A stretch of 64,000 nt of DNA from Bacteroidota bacterium (GCA_016213405.1 JACRAM010000012.1:3948-67947), one strand, 5' to 3'; counted from the stretch's first letter, positions 53,152 through 63,858 are shown. Notes: a model not told the origin generated them from the sequence alone. Made by a program: numbers and translations.

Positions 53152-54879
53152 ATGAAACGGATTTTGTTGGTTTTCTTTTTCTTTCCGCATATTCTTTTTT
53201 CTCAAAAGCTTCTTACGCTTGAAATAAAAGGAAATGCTGAAACTGAAATCATTTCAAAACTTCCCTGTAAAAAATCTTTCGCCACAAAACAAGAGCGCGA
53301 TAAGGAAATTCAGAATATGCTTTTTTCCCTTTATGATAACGCATATCTCACCGCCTCTATTGACAGCGCAATAACAGATTCTCTTAAAGAAATTGTATTC
53401 ATTAAAGCTGGCAAAGAGTATAAATGGGCAAACCTCAGAAAAGGAAATGCGGAGGAGGGAATACTGAGCGAAGTTGGCTACCGCGAAAAGTTGTATAAAG
53501 ACAAACCTTTCTCCTACAAAGAAACCAGAAAAGTTCAAGAAATAATTCTTTCTTATTGCGAGAATAACGGCTATCCTTTTGCTTCTATAAAATTAGACAG
53601 CATTATTATTACAGGAACTTCCCTTTCTGCATCGCTCAATCTTCAGAAAAATAATCTCATTAAAATTGACAGCGTAGTGAATCACGGCAAAGGGAAAATT
53701 TCTCCTGTATATCTGCAGAGTTATCTTTCCATAAGGAACGGAGATTTATATAACGAAGCGCTGGTGAAAAAAATCGGCACACGAATAAAAGAACTTCCGT
53801 TTGTGAAAGAAAGCATTCCGTATAGAGTTTTATTCACAGGTGAGAACGCTAAAGTGGAATTATTCCTCGAAAAAAAACGCGCGAGCCAGTTTGACGGCAT
53901 CGTGGGTCTGCTGCCCGATAACAAAACAGGTAAAATTCTTTTCACTGGAGACGTTCGCCTAAAACTAAACAACTCTTTCAACAGAGGTGAACTGCTGGAA
54001 CTCAACTGGAGGCGACTGCAGGCAAGCACGCAGGACCTGAAAACGCGTTTCATCTTTCCTTTTCTTTTCAAAACTCCTTTCGGAATTGATGCCAGTTTTA
54101 AACTCTATAAAAAAGATTCAACTTACTTAGAAGTGAATCCGAATATCGGAATACAGTATCATCTTTCAGGCGGAAATTATTTCAAAGCGTTCGTCAACCG
54201 AAAACAAATGACGCTGATAAACACGAAAGGTTTGAATTTTACTACGCTTCCTCCTTATGCTGACATCACTTCTTCGCTCTATGGCATTTCTCTCAAATCA
54301 GAAAAACTGGATTACCGTTTGAATCCAAGAAAAGGTTATTCAGTAGTTGGAACGGTTGGTGCGGGAAATAAAATCATTAAGAAGAATGACAAATTAGACG
54401 CGAACATTTACAACGGAATAAAACTGAATTCCGCTCAGTATAATGCGGAACTGGAAGCGGAAATTTTTCTGCCGGTAAAAAACCGAAGCACATTAAAGTT
54501 TGGAAATAAATCTTCTTACCTGTATAATGAAAGCCTTTTTAAGAACGAACTTTCCCGAATCGGAGGCTTAAAATCGCTGAGAGGATTTGATGAGGAATCC
54601 ATTTTTGCATCTGCTTATTCCGTCTTCACGCTGGAATTCCGTTTTCTTTTTGAAGAAAATTCTTACCTGTTTTTCTTTGGCGATGGCGCTTATTATGAAA
54701 ACAAAAGCATCTCGTTCACAGGAGACCGCTATGACATTCCTTATGGCTTTGGCACAGGCATCAGTTTTGAAACCAAAGCAGGAATTTTTTCTATCAACTA
54801 TGCACTCGGAAAACAGTTCGACAATCCAATTGATCTGAAGGCGGGCAAAGTGCATTTCGGGATAGTGAATTATTTCTGA
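53152..54879 (+). CDS. Omp85/BamA-TamA family outer membrane protein
   Basis: The start is placed at MKRILLVFFFF (signal peptide) rather than the 53086 start in the ORF track. It has a POTRA-like N-terminal region and a C-terminal barrel (..GGLKSLRGFDEES.. , ..GISFETKAGIFSINYALG..) ending in ..NYF. Confidence 0.7.
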   Translation: MKRILLVFFFFPHILFSQKLLTLEIKGNAETEIISKLPCKKSFATKQERDKEIQNMLFSLYDNAYLTASIDSAITDSLKEIVFIKAGKEYKWANLRKGNAEEGILSEVGYREKLYKDKPFSYKETRKVQEIILSYCENNGYPFASIKLDSIIITGTSLSASLNLQKNNLIKIDSVVNHGKGKISPVYLQSYLSIRNGDLYNEALVKKIGTRIKELPFVKESIPYRVLFTGENAKVELFLEKKRASQFDGIVGLLPDNKTGKILFTGDVRLKLNNSFNRGELLELNWRRLQASTQDLKTRFIFPFLFKTPFGIDASFKLYKKDSTYLEVNPNIGIQYHLSGGNYFKAFVNRKQMTLINTKGLNFTTLPPYADITSSLYGISLKSEKLDYRLNPRKGYSVVGTVGAGNKIIKKNDKLDANIYNGIKLNSAQYNAELEAEIFLPVKNRSTLKFGNKSSYLYNESLFKNELSRIGGLKSLRGFDEESIFASAYSVFTLEFRFLFEENSYLFFFGDGAYYENKSISFTGDRYDIPYGFGTGISFETKAGIFSINYALGKQFDNPIDLKAGKVHFGIVNYF

Positions 54880-54937
54880 AAGAACAATCTTCAGGGATTT
54901 AGGGCAACTATCTTATATTTGCTACTCAATTTTAAGA

Positions 54938-56152
54938 ATGGAAATAGTATTGCTCATAATAGGATTGGCGATTGGCACTCTTATCGGATGGCTGTTGGCA
55001 AAGTTCAACCAAGCTCCTAATTCATCAAATGACAAAGTAGTTGATTTGACGCGCGAACTTGCGACTCAAACTGCCAACAACAAAGGGCTGGAAGAAAAAC
55101 TGAATAGCCAGAAAGAAGAATTCTCCGCGCTTCAAAAAACTTTTACCAATGAATTTGAAAACCTTGCCAATAAAATCTTTGAAGATAAAAGCAAAAAATT
55201 TACAGAGCAGAACAAAACGAATCTTGAAAATATTTTAAATCCGCTGAAGGAAAATATTACCAAGTTCGAAAAGAAAGTGGACGATACATATAAAGCAGAA
55301 GCATCGGAACGAAATTCCCTGAAAGGAGAAATTAAATCGCTCGTTACACTGAACAAACAAATCAGCGAGGAGGCGAATAATCTTGCTAAGGCGCTGAAAG
55401 GCGATAGCAAGAAACAAGGCAACTGGGGAGAAATTATTCTTGAAAAAGTGCTGGAACGTTCAGGACTTCAGAAAGGAGTTGAATATGAAATGCAAGTGAG
55501 CCTGACTGCTGATGACGGCAAGCGCGTTCAGCCCGATGTGATTATTCACTTGCCTGACAAAAAACATATCGTTGTTGATTCAAAAGTTTCGTTGGTTGCG
55601 TATGAATTATTTGTCAATGCGCAAACAGATGAAGAGCGCGAAAAAAATTTACAGGCGCACATCACTTCCGTAAAAAATCATATTAAAGGATTAAGTGAAA
55701 AAAATTATCAGGCACTCGGACAGTTGAATACTCCTGATTTTGTTTTGCTCTTCATGCCGATTGAATCTTCTTTCAGTTTAGCTGTGCAGGCGGATAATGA
55801 GATATTCAATTTTGCCTGGGAAAGAAAAATTGTCATTGTAAGCCCATCTACTCTTCTTGCTACAATGAGAACCATTGCATCCCTTTGGAAACAGGAAAGG
55901 CAAACACGCAACGCGATTGAAATTGCGCGCCAGAGCGGGGAACTTTATGATAAGTTTGTTGGTTTTCTTGGCGACTTGATCGAAGTCGGGAAAAAAATGG
56001 ACGCAACAAAAAAGACGTACGAAGAAGCGATGAATAAATTTTCCGGAGGAAGAGGAAATTTAATCCGAAGAGCGGAAACCATCAAAGAACTCGGAGCGAA
56101 AACAACCAAAGATATTCCACAATCACTTCTTGAAAGAGCAAACGAAGAATAA
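54938..56152 (+). CDS. rmuC: DNA recombination protein RmuC
   Basis: It has an N-terminal TM segment and a long coiled coil. ..KKQGNWGEIILEKVLE.SGL.., ..QPDVIIHLPD.K.IVVDSKVSL.AY.. and ..DFVLLFMPIE.. are characteristic of RmuC. Confidence 0.9.
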   Translation: MEIVLLIIGLAIGTLIGWLLAKFNQAPNSSNDKVVDLTRELATQTANNKGLEEKLNSQKEEFSALQKTFTNEFENLANKIFEDKSKKFTEQNKTNLENILNPLKENITKFEKKVDDTYKAEASERNSLKGEIKSLVTLNKQISEEANNLAKALKGDSKKQGNWGEIILEKVLERSGLQKGVEYEMQVSLTADDGKRVQPDVIIHLPDKKHIVVDSKVSLVAYELFVNAQTDEEREKNLQAHITSVKNHIKGLSEKNYQALGQLNTPDFVLLFMPIESSFSLAVQADNEIFNFAWERKIVIVSPSTLLATMRTIASLWKQERQTRNAIEIARQSGELYDKFVGFLGDLIEVGKKMDATKKTYEEAMNKFSGGRGNLIRRAETIKELGAKTTKDIPQSLLERANEE

Positions 56153-57436
56153 ATGAAATATTTTTTAAACTTTTCATTTTTAATTTTAAATCTGTATTTG
56201 TTATCCCTTTATAACTCCTGCTCCACTTCTTCCCACTCCACAAGCAATCAGAATATTTCCAACATTTATAAAACAGCGCAGAATAATCTTCATCCGAAAT
56301 ATGTGGTGTATCACAGAACAAACACGCTGTCTGAACTTCATTTTAAAATAAATTCGAAAGAGCTTTTATACAGCAAGCAGGCAGGCAATGAAAATTTTTC
56401 TGCACGCATCAGCATCCAATACCGGCTGATTTCCTCCTATGAAACAAAAGACATTATTGACAGCGCAACTATTTCACTCACTGATTCCTATTCTTCCGCT
56501 CCAAAAGACATCATGGGAAAAATTGATTTCAACGCAACATTTACAAACAGTTATTTACTCCAAATTGATTTTACAGACCTTAATAGAAACGTTACTTCAA
56601 AATCTTTTATCAGTATTGACAAACTGGATCACGCAACACGGCAAAACTTCATTGTCCTTTCTGCCGAAAATAAAACTCCTGTTTTCAGAGACAACATAGG
56701 GAAAGATGAAAGATTGATTATCCAGTACAGAAACCCCGACACAAAACTTTATGTGCGGTATTATAACAGGGAATTTCCATTGCCTTCTCCTCCTTTCTCT
56801 ACCAGCAACATGACCCCTTTTGAATACCGTGCTGACAGTTTGTTCTCGCTTCAGCCAGATGAAAAAGATTCTGCAGGATTTGTTTTCACGCGTCCGGGAT
56901 TTTATCACATACAGGCGGATACCAATACAAAAGACGGGATCACGCTTTTTAGATTTGACTATGATTTTCCGAACGTAACAAAACCTGAACAACTTTTCAC
57001 TCCTCTTCGGTATCTAACTACTAAACAGGAATACGATGCGATGGCTTCATACAAAAATCTTAAAACAGCTGTGGATAGTTTTTGGGTATACGCGGGAGGA
57101 AGCACTGAACGCGCACGCGAACTCGTGAAAAAATTTTATAACCGCGTTCAGGATGCAAACAATTATTTTTCCTCCTATGTGGAAGGCTGGAAAACAGACC
57201 GGGGGCTTATTTATCTTATATATGGCCCGCCAAATATTGTATATAAATCTTCAGATGCGGAAAACTGGGTTTACGGAGAAGAGAATAATTTCAACTCTCT
57301 CACCTTTTCGTTTCTGAAAGTCATCAATCCATTTTCCGACAACGATTACCGCCTTGATCGGTCGCAGGTTTTTAAAACAAGCTGGTTTAATTCTGTGGAA
57401 ATGTGGAGGCAGGGAAGAGTTTATTCTGAAAAATAA
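56153..57436 (+). CDS. GWxTD domain-containing protein
   Basis: The C-terminal VEGWKTDRGLIYLIYGPP is the GWxTD signature. A signal peptide is present. Confidence 0.8.
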   Translation: MKYFLNFSFLILNLYLLSLYNSCSTSSHSTSNQNISNIYKTAQNNLHPKYVVYHRTNTLSELHFKINSKELLYSKQAGNENFSARISIQYRLISSYETKDIIDSATISLTDSYSSAPKDIMGKIDFNATFTNSYLLQIDFTDLNRNVTSKSFISIDKLDHATRQNFIVLSAENKTPVFRDNIGKDERLIIQYRNPDTKLYVRYYNREFPLPSPPFSTSNMTPFEYRADSLFSLQPDEKDSAGFVFTRPGFYHIQADTNTKDGITLFRFDYDFPNVTKPEQLFTPLRYLTTKQEYDAMASYKNLKTAVDSFWVYAGGSTERARELVKKFYNRVQDANNYFSSYVEGWKTDRGLIYLIYGPPNIVYKSSDAENWVYGEENNFNSLTFSFLKVINPFSDNDYRLDRSQVFKTSWFNSVEMWRQGRVYSEK

Positions 57437-57438
57437 TT

Positions 57439-58251
57439 ATGAAAGAGCAAAAGTTCATCAGAGGAAATAAAAAAGATTTTTCATCTTCACATTTAAGAGA
57501 GGGAAAAAAAGCATCGCGCCCGATTTGCGGCATTCATCCCGTCATTGAAGCCATCCGTTCAGGAAAAGAAATTGAAAAAATATTTTTTCAGAAAAATGCA
57601 GGCAACAGGGTGATGGGTGAACTTAACGAAGAAATAAAAAAATACAATATTCCTTTTCAGTTTGTTCCACTGGAGAAACTCAATCACCTTGTAAAATCAA
57701 CCAATCATCAGGGTGTGGTTGCCATGCTTTCTCCCATTGGCTACCAGAATATTGAAACCATCATTCCCACAGTTTTTGAAAACGGAGAAACCCCGCTTGT
57801 AATTATTTTAGACCGAATCACGGATGTAAGAAATCTTGGCGCTATTGCCCGTAGTGCAGAGTGCGCAGGAGTGCACGCCATCATAGTTCCATCGCGCGGA
57901 AGCGGGCAAATCAACAGCGATGCAATAAAAAGTTCTGCCGGAGCGATTTTTAATATTCCTGTTTGCAGAAGCGAAAATCTGAAAACATCCATTGACTTCC
58001 TGAAAAAAAGCGGACTAAGAATAATTGCCTGTTCTGAAAAAGCAGAAAAAACAATTTACAAAACCGATTTTTTATTCCCCGTTGCTCTTATTCTTGGCTC
58101 CGAAGAAGACGGCATATCGGATGAATACCTCAAACTCAGCGATGACAAAGTGCAGATTCCACTTTTCGGTAAAACTGAATCGCTGAATGTTTCTGTTTCT
58201 GCCGGTGTTATTCTTTTTGAAGTTATCCGCCAGAGAAATTTTTCTAAATGA
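57439..58251 (+). CDS. rlmB: 23S rRNA (guanosine-2'-O)-methyltransferase RlmB (SpoU/TrmH family)
   Basis: ..ICGIHPVIEAI.. is the substrate-binding N-domain. ..LDRITDVRNLGAIARSAECAGV.., ..LILGSEEDGIS.. and ..IPLFGKTESLNVSVSAGVILFE.. are SpoU motifs. Confidence 0.9.
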   Translation: MKEQKFIRGNKKDFSSSHLREGKKASRPICGIHPVIEAIRSGKEIEKIFFQKNAGNRVMGELNEEIKKYNIPFQFVPLEKLNHLVKSTNHQGVVAMLSPIGYQNIETIIPTVFENGETPLVIILDRITDVRNLGAIARSAECAGVHAIIVPSRGSGQINSDAIKSSAGAIFNIPVCRSENLKTSIDFLKKSGLRIIACSEKAEKTIYKTDFLFPVALILGSEEDGISDEYLKLSDDKVQIPLFGKTESLNVSVSAGVILFEVIRQRNFSK

Positions 58252-59672
58252 AGAAATTATTTTCTGAAAATTTAACCGTTCAGCTTGTTTTTCTTTCGCT
58301 AATAGTTTTTTTATCGCGGATTCCTTTTCTCTCAGCTGGTTTTGGAGCAGAAGAAGATTCCTGGCTTCTTGCCATCACAGCAAAAAACATTGCTGAAAGC
58401 GGCATTTATGAAATGTCACGCGCACCTGGGCATCCTCTTCAGGAAATAATTTATTCGTGGATGTACAGTAATGGCTTATTTGCTTTTGCATCCAATCTAA
58501 TAAGTGCGATTGCCAGTGTTATCGCTTCTGTATTTTTTGCGCTTTCGCTCAGAAATCTTGGCTTCAGGCATTATTTGTTCGCTTCGTTTGCTTTTGCGTT
58601 CGCTCCCGTAGTTTTTATTTCATCCACTTATACAATTGATTACATGCTTGCAATGGCGATTGTGATGATGAGTTTTTATTTTTTACTGCATGAAAAATTA
58701 TTAGTCGCTGGAATATTGCTTGGAATAGCAGTGGGATTCAGAATTACATCAGGAATAATGCTGATTCCTTTTTGTATTTTACTTTTTCCTATTTCAAAGA
58801 ATATCAAAGGGATTTTCATTTTAGGTCTAAGCTCAGTATTCATTGGCTTGCTTATTTATTTGCCGGTTATAAAAACGTATGGATTTTCTTTTTTTACATT
58901 TTCTGACCAGTTTCCATATCCCAATTTTTTTAAAGTTTTTTATAAAGCAACAATCGGTGTTTTTGGATTAATTGGGTTAACAACTATAGTGTTTTTCAAA
59001 CTAAAAATTCTTTTTGAAAGAATCAAATCAAAAGAAAGTTTTATACCAGCAGAGCTTTCTAAAAAACTTTTTTACGCTTCTTGTATTGCAATTGTTCTCT
59101 GCATAATTTCGTACTTGCGTCTCCCGCAAAAATCTGCCTATTTAATTCCGATGATTCCATTCGTGATTTTACTGTTCGGACATTTTCTTTCAAGCGATGC
59201 TTTCAAAGTTTTTTGCGTGTTGCTTACTATGTCCTCTTTTCTCTTCAGTATAAATCTTACAGATTCACTCCGCGGATCAGAATATTCCCCTCTGGCTATG
59301 AAATTTACTATGACAGGACAGGAAATTTTCATTGACCCAATCACTGGCCCTGTTTATTCTGATTATTCAAAACGTCTGAATAAGATTATTTTCACAGAAA
59401 AGATTTTTAAGAAAACAAGAATTGAACAAAAGAAAATCATTCTCATCTGCGGATGGTGGTATAACGAGCTGCTTGTGAGAAACTGGGATTGTGAGAAGAA
59501 TCAAAATGTTATTCTGGTTTTTTACATTAATAAAGCCACTATGGAAAAATATATTTCTGATGGATATGAAATTTATTTCCTGCCGGAACAAAATCTTTAT
59601 AATGACCAGTATTTTCAAATGAATGGTACAGTTGCTGCCGCAAAACCATATTTAGTAAATTCGCAAAAATGA
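58248..59672 (+). CDS. Polytopic membrane protein, ArnT/PMT-like (GT-C) glycosyltransferase candidate
   Basis: 474 aa. The N-terminal GAEEDSWLLA..SRAPGHPLQE loop is followed by ~10 TM segments, resembling the GT39/GT83-type layout. Assignment is weak. Confidence 0.5.
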   Translation: MKKLFSENLTVQLVFLSLIVFLSRIPFLSAGFGAEEDSWLLAITAKNIAESGIYEMSRAPGHPLQEIIYSWMYSNGLFAFASNLISAIASVIASVFFALSLRNLGFRHYLFASFAFAFAPVVFISSTYTIDYMLAMAIVMMSFYFLLHEKLLVAGILLGIAVGFRITSGIMLIPFCILLFPISKNIKGIFILGLSSVFIGLLIYLPVIKTYGFSFFTFSDQFPYPNFFKVFYKATIGVFGLIGLTTIVFFKLKILFERIKSKESFIPAELSKKLFYASCIAIVLCIISYLRLPQKSAYLIPMIPFVILLFGHFLSSDAFKVFCVLLTMSSFLFSINLTDSLRGSEYSPLAMKFTMTGQEIFIDPITGPVYSDYSKRLNKIIFTEKIFKKTRIEQKKIILICGWWYNELLVRNWDCEKNQNVILVFYINKATMEKYISDGYEIYFLPEQNLYNDQYFQMNGTVAAAKPYLVNSQK

Positions 59673-60127
59673 ATAAACTGATTCAGGGGCTCCTGCTTAT
59701 TTTACTTTTCTTTTCCTGCCATCCAGATAAAAGCCTCGATGATTTCAAATGGTTTATCGGCAACTGGAAAGGCACTATGCAGGAAATGGAAGTTCACGAA
59801 ACATGGATAAAAGAAAATGAAAAATCATTCAGCGGAGATGGTTTTGTGTTATCAGACAAAGACACTTTATTTCACGAATCAACAAAACTTAAATTGCAAG
59901 GCAATGACATTGTATACATAGCAACTGTTCCCGGAAATCCCGCACCGGTTTCCTATAAGCTGACCTCTCAAAAAAAAAACAAAGCCATCTTTGAAAATCC
60001 CGCACACGATTTTCCTAAAATAATTACTTACTACCTTATTTCTCCTGATTCGTTGATTGCAGTTGTTGAAGGAGATGAAGATGGAAAGCATCGCAAAGAA
60101 GAATTTCATTTTAAGAAGATCAACTGA
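59669..60127 (+). CDS. Small lipoprotein of unknown function
   Basis: 152 aa with a lipobox-like LFFSC. It has overlapping stop/start with both flanking GT-C-like genes. Confidence 0.65.
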   Translation: MNKLIQGLLLILLFFSCHPDKSLDDFKWFIGNWKGTMQEMEVHETWIKENEKSFSGDGFVLSDKDTLFHESTKLKLQGNDIVYIATVPGNPAPVSYKLTSQKKNKAIFENPAHDFPKIITYYLISPDSLIAVVEGDEDGKHRKEEFHFKKIN

Positions 60128-62055
60128 TGCGCCATTTTTTTCAGAAAGAAAATACTTTTTTTTATTTAATACTTTTTATCGCCTCCACTCTGAGACTTTG
60201 GAATTACTGGGGCTGGTCATATACTCACGATGAACTCAGCGCGATTACCCGACTGAATTATGATTCGGTCTCACAATTAATTTCAAAGGGCATTCAGCCA
60301 GATGGACATCCTGCCTTTGTACAATTGCTGCTTTATTTCTGGATAAAACTATTTGGATTGTCAGAAACGTCAGTGCGTTTGCCATTTGTATTAGCAGGAA
60401 TAGGAAGTATCGCACTCGTTTATCTGATATCAAAAAAATGGTTTGGATTTGCAACAGCTTGTTTTTCTTCTCTCACGCTTGCTATGCTTGATTTTCCTAT
60501 TCTCTACAGTCAGATAGCGCGCCCCTACTCTTTTGGATTATTTTTTTCACTGCTCGCTGTTTGGTGCTGGACAAATTTATTATTTGGCAATGAAAAGAAA
60601 ATTTATCTGAAGGCTATTTATTACGGGATAGCAACAGCGCTCTGTATGCTCACGCATTATTTTGCTTTCTTTTTTGCGGTGACGGTCGCTTTAACAGGAT
60701 TTTTGTTTTTGAAAAAAGAAACATGGAAACCTTATTTGCTTTCAGGAATTATTGCCATTATGATTTTCCTTCCGCATATTCCTGTTTCACTTCATCAATT
60801 TGGATTGGGAGGGGTTGGAGAATGGCTGGCAAAACCCGAAAGCGATTATTTATGGAAATTTATTTTATATGGATTCAACGAATCTCCTCTGATAGTGACT
60901 TTTCTTGCAATTTTATTTTTGCTTTCCATCCTGATTTATCACCTTGATTTATCTCTTTCAAAATTTCACTTCCTCTGCATTGCATGGTTTTCACTTCCTT
61001 TTCTTGCAGGGTATTATTATTCTGTGAAAATAAATCCTGTTTTACAATACTCCACGCTGCTTTTTTCATTTCCATTTCTTTTAATATTTCTTTTTTCATT
61101 CTTTAAGGAAAGAAAAAGAAAAACTAACAATCTGCTCCTTGCATCAACAGGTATCATACTTTTTTACAGCACCTGCATTGAACAAAGATTTTATAAGCGG
61201 GAATATTTTGGTGTGTTCAAAGAAATAAACAAAGCGGTTGTTGATTTGCAGACAAAATACGGAGAAGAAAATGTAACAACATTGCTGAATACTTCCTGTA
61301 AGGAAATCTTTGATTTTTATTTTCAGCGAATGAACAAAACAGTTTCATACAATTATTGCGTAGGTGATTCTTATGACTTTGAAGCAGAAATGCTCTGCAA
61401 AATCGATTCCTGCTCCACTCCTTATTTTCTCTATGGCTGGTCTAACTTCCGAAGCGCCTATGAAATTCCTGAGATGATAAAAAGAAAATTCCCCTGCATT
61501 GTCTATGATGAAAAGCATTTCAATTCGCAAATAACCTTGTTCGGGAAAAATGATTCCTGCAAAAGAGACACCATTTATTTTTCGCGTGAAGGGTTTGAAA
61601 AACCTGCTTTCACTTTTTCATACAATGAAACAAAAACTGATACAAGCCATTTTCACTCCGGCAAATATTCGCTTTTCATTGAATCAGCGAATGAATACTG
61701 CATTACGATCAGATCAACAGCTAAAAATATTTTTCATGATAATAAAGGTTGCGTCAATATCAGCGCATGGGTTTTTCCAACAGATACTTTCAATGCTCAG
61801 ATTGTGATGGAAGTTGGAGATCCGAAAGGGAATCATGACTGGCAGGCAAGATCGCTTTCTCAATTTATAAAGACAACAAATAAATGGCAGGAAGTGTTTG
61901 CCACTTTTAAACTCCCTTCAAACACATATCCGGAAGATGAAGTGGTTATCTATTTATGGAATCAGGGAAAAAATTCTTTCTACTTAGACGATTTTGTTAT
62001 TTCCTCTTTTGCTGACAGTAAGTATGATTATTATGAAACTACTTACAGGCAATAA
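60127..62055 (+). CDS. Glycosyltransferase family 39-like (ArnT/PMT_2) membrane protein with extracytoplasmic C-terminal domain
   Basis: ..YTHDELSAI.. , ..QPDGHPAFVQLLLYFWIKLFG.SE..VRLPFVLAGIGSIALVY.. matches the PMT_2/ArnT-like N-terminal loop. It has ~11 TM segments followed by a ~250-aa soluble domain. Confidence 0.7.
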   Translation: MRHFFQKENTFFYLILFIASTLRLWNYWGWSYTHDELSAITRLNYDSVSQLISKGIQPDGHPAFVQLLLYFWIKLFGLSETSVRLPFVLAGIGSIALVYLISKKWFGFATACFSSLTLAMLDFPILYSQIARPYSFGLFFSLLAVWCWTNLLFGNEKKIYLKAIYYGIATALCMLTHYFAFFFAVTVALTGFLFLKKETWKPYLLSGIIAIMIFLPHIPVSLHQFGLGGVGEWLAKPESDYLWKFILYGFNESPLIVTFLAILFLLSILIYHLDLSLSKFHFLCIAWFSLPFLAGYYYSVKINPVLQYSTLLFSFPFLLIFLFSFFKERKRKTNNLLLASTGIILFYSTCIEQRFYKREYFGVFKEINKAVVDLQTKYGEENVTTLLNTSCKEIFDFYFQRMNKTVSYNYCVGDSYDFEAEMLCKIDSCSTPYFLYGWSNFRSAYEIPEMIKRKFPCIVYDEKHFNSQITLFGKNDSCKRDTIYFSREGFEKPAFTFSYNETKTDTSHFHSGKYSLFIESANEYCITIRSTAKNIFHDNKGCVNISAWVFPTDTFNAQIVMEVGDPKGNHDWQARSLSQFIKTTNKWQEVFATFKLPSNTYPEDEVVIYLWNQGKNSFYLDDFVISSFADSKYDYYETTYRQ

Positions 62056-62064
62056 TCTTCCACA

Positions 62065-62922
62065 CTAACGATTCTCCTCTTTCTTCTTCATCCTGTTTTT
62101 GAAAAAATAAATTACGGAAATACATAAAAAAATCCACCCCAGCACTGCCACTAACGATGAACCCGCAGGGAAATCATAGCTGTAGGAAACGTACAATCCG
62201 AAAAATGCCCCGAGTACGCTGACAACACCTGCTATTAAAACAACGCCCATATTTTTCTTCGACAACATAATGGCAGCTACTGCAGGAATTATCAGAAATG
62301 AAAACACAGGAATTACTCCGCTGGTGCGTACGGCAAACACAATTGCCAAACCAATAGATAGATAAAAAACAAAATTCCAGAAACTGAACATTCCTTTTTT
62401 TCTGAATGCAGTTGCGGCAAGTGTCGGGTCTTCTGCTTCAAAACTTTCTGTCAACAGGAAAAACTTTTTATAAAAGAGAGCATGCAGTAATGCAATCGCA
62501 CCGAAAATAATTCCTATAAGCTGTATCTGCTCCCAAGTTACAGAAAGAATATTACCGAACAATACTTCCTGTATGTCAGAATCTCCGTGAGGAGTTTTTG
62601 AAATAAGCATCACGGTTGCAGCCGATGCAATTGCGTAAATAATGCCGATGATGGCTTCCACTTTCAATCGCTTGTCCCGTATATTAATGAATGACATCAG
62701 AAGAGCGCCTGTGAGCGCGAATAAAATCGGAATGCTTGTTTTTCCATAGCCGATATAATCTGAAAATGCAACTCCGAGCGAAGAAATCTGCCCAAGCGCG
62801 AGGTCAACGAAAACAATTCCCCGCCCGACAACGTGTACGCCAAGATAGGAGAGAAGAAGCCCGATAATCAGCGAGACGATGAACGCCTGCACCATAAAAT
62901 CCAATTGAAACATTTCGAACAT
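62065..62922 (-). CDS. Metal (Zn/Mn) ABC transporter permease, ABC-3 family
   Basis: 285 aa with ~8 TM segments. The pattern ..LSYLGVHVV.RGIVFVDLALGQISSLG.. is typical of ZnuB/MntB-type permeases. The gene is adjacent to a ZnuA-like SBP gene. Confidence 0.85.
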   Translation of the reverse strand: MFEMFQLDFMVQAFIVSLIIGLLLSYLGVHVVGRGIVFVDLALGQISSLGVAFSDYIGYGKTSIPILFALTGALLMSFINIRDKRLKVEAIIGIIYAIASAATVMLISKTPHGDSDIQEVLFGNILSVTWEQIQLIGIIFGAIALLHALFYKKFFLLTESFEAEDPTLAATAFRKKGMFSFWNFVFYLSIGLAIVFAVRTSGVIPVFSFLIIPAVAAIMLSKKNMGVVLIAGVVSVLGAFFGLYVSYSYDFPAGSSLVAVLGWIFLCISVIYFFKNRMKKKEENR

Positions 62923-62952
62923 AAAAATAGGTTTAGAATTTTCGTTGGTGAA

Positions 62953-63858
62953 TTATTTTAATCCCGCTGTTAAAAGTTTTATATTGTAATCGAACAAGTC
63001 GTAATAATTTTTTATTGATTCAAACGCACCGACAGAAGTTGCAAGCACCAATGTTTTTGCGCCTGTTTGTTTTGATACTACATCTGAAGAGGAAGCAGTG
63101 AAATAAGGAGATGTGATAATCACTTTTATATTATTTTCTTGTACTTCCTTAATTATTTTCACGAGTTGAGAAGGTGTGGGAGGGATTCCGGGTTTGGGTT
63201 CCATAAAGTCAACGATTTTAAATCCGAAACGGCTTTCAAAATAGCACCACTCGTTGTGATAGGCAATCACTTTTGCTCCTTTAAAACTCGTCATTGCAGC
63301 GTTCCATGTTTTCATTTTCATATCAACCTGAGCATAAAATATTTTCAGATTCGCCTCGAAGAAATCTTTATTCTCAGAAGAAATTTTTTCAAGTCCGTTG
63401 CAAATATTCCGCGCGATTGTTTTTCCGTTCAGCGGATCAAGCCAGTAATGCGGATTGCCGTAAATATGAATATCACCTTCTGCGCGGTTAATGGAAGATG
63501 GAACCTGCTGCAGCGAAACACCAACTGATGCATCCACATAACCATCGCTTCCTTTCTGAATTTTTTTGTTCTTGGAACTGGTGAGCAGCGAGGGCGACCA
63601 TCCGGCTTCCAAATCCAAACCGAGTGTAACATACAAATCAGCGTTTGAAAGTTTGATGATGTAACTCGGCTTGGGGTCAACAAAGTGAGGATTCTGGTAG
63701 CCCGTTGCAATGGCGAACACATCAATTTTATTTCCGCCAATAAGTTCAGCAATACTTTTGGTATCCTGCGTGGTTGTCACAACATGAATTGTTCCGGCTA
63801 AAGAAATTTTTGCCGAAACAATTACGGTGATTATTGTTAGTATGATTTTAGATTTCAT
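62953..63858 (-). CDS. Metal ABC transporter substrate-binding protein (ZnuA/TroA family)
   Basis: The start is placed at MKSKIILTIITVIVS (signal peptide). ..NPHFVDPKPS.., ..GNPHYWLDP.N.. and ..YHNEW.YF.. are cluster A-I SBP motifs. Confidence 0.85.
   Translation of the reverse strand: MKSKIILTIITVIVSAKISLAGTIHVVTTTQDTKSIAELIGGNKIDVFAIATGYQNPHFVDPKPSYIIKLSNADLYVTLGLDLEAGWSPSLLTSSKNKKIQKGSDGYVDASVGVSLQQVPSSINRAEGDIHIYGNPHYWLDPLNGKTIARNICNGLEKISSENKDFFEANLKIFYAQVDMKMKTWNAAMTSFKGAKVIAYHNEWCYFESRFGFKIVDFMEPKPGIPPTPSQLVKIIKEVQENNIKVIITSPYFTASSSDVVSKQTGAKTLVLATSVGAFESIKNYYDLFDYNIKLLTAGLK

Noticed and set aside
56153-56230. Possible further heptamer arrays in the leaders of the genes at 56153, 27061, 50136 and 31978-32703
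   Set aside because: The period-7 signal there cannot be distinguished from plain T-rich signal-peptide coding bias. Fewer than three convincing units are present.
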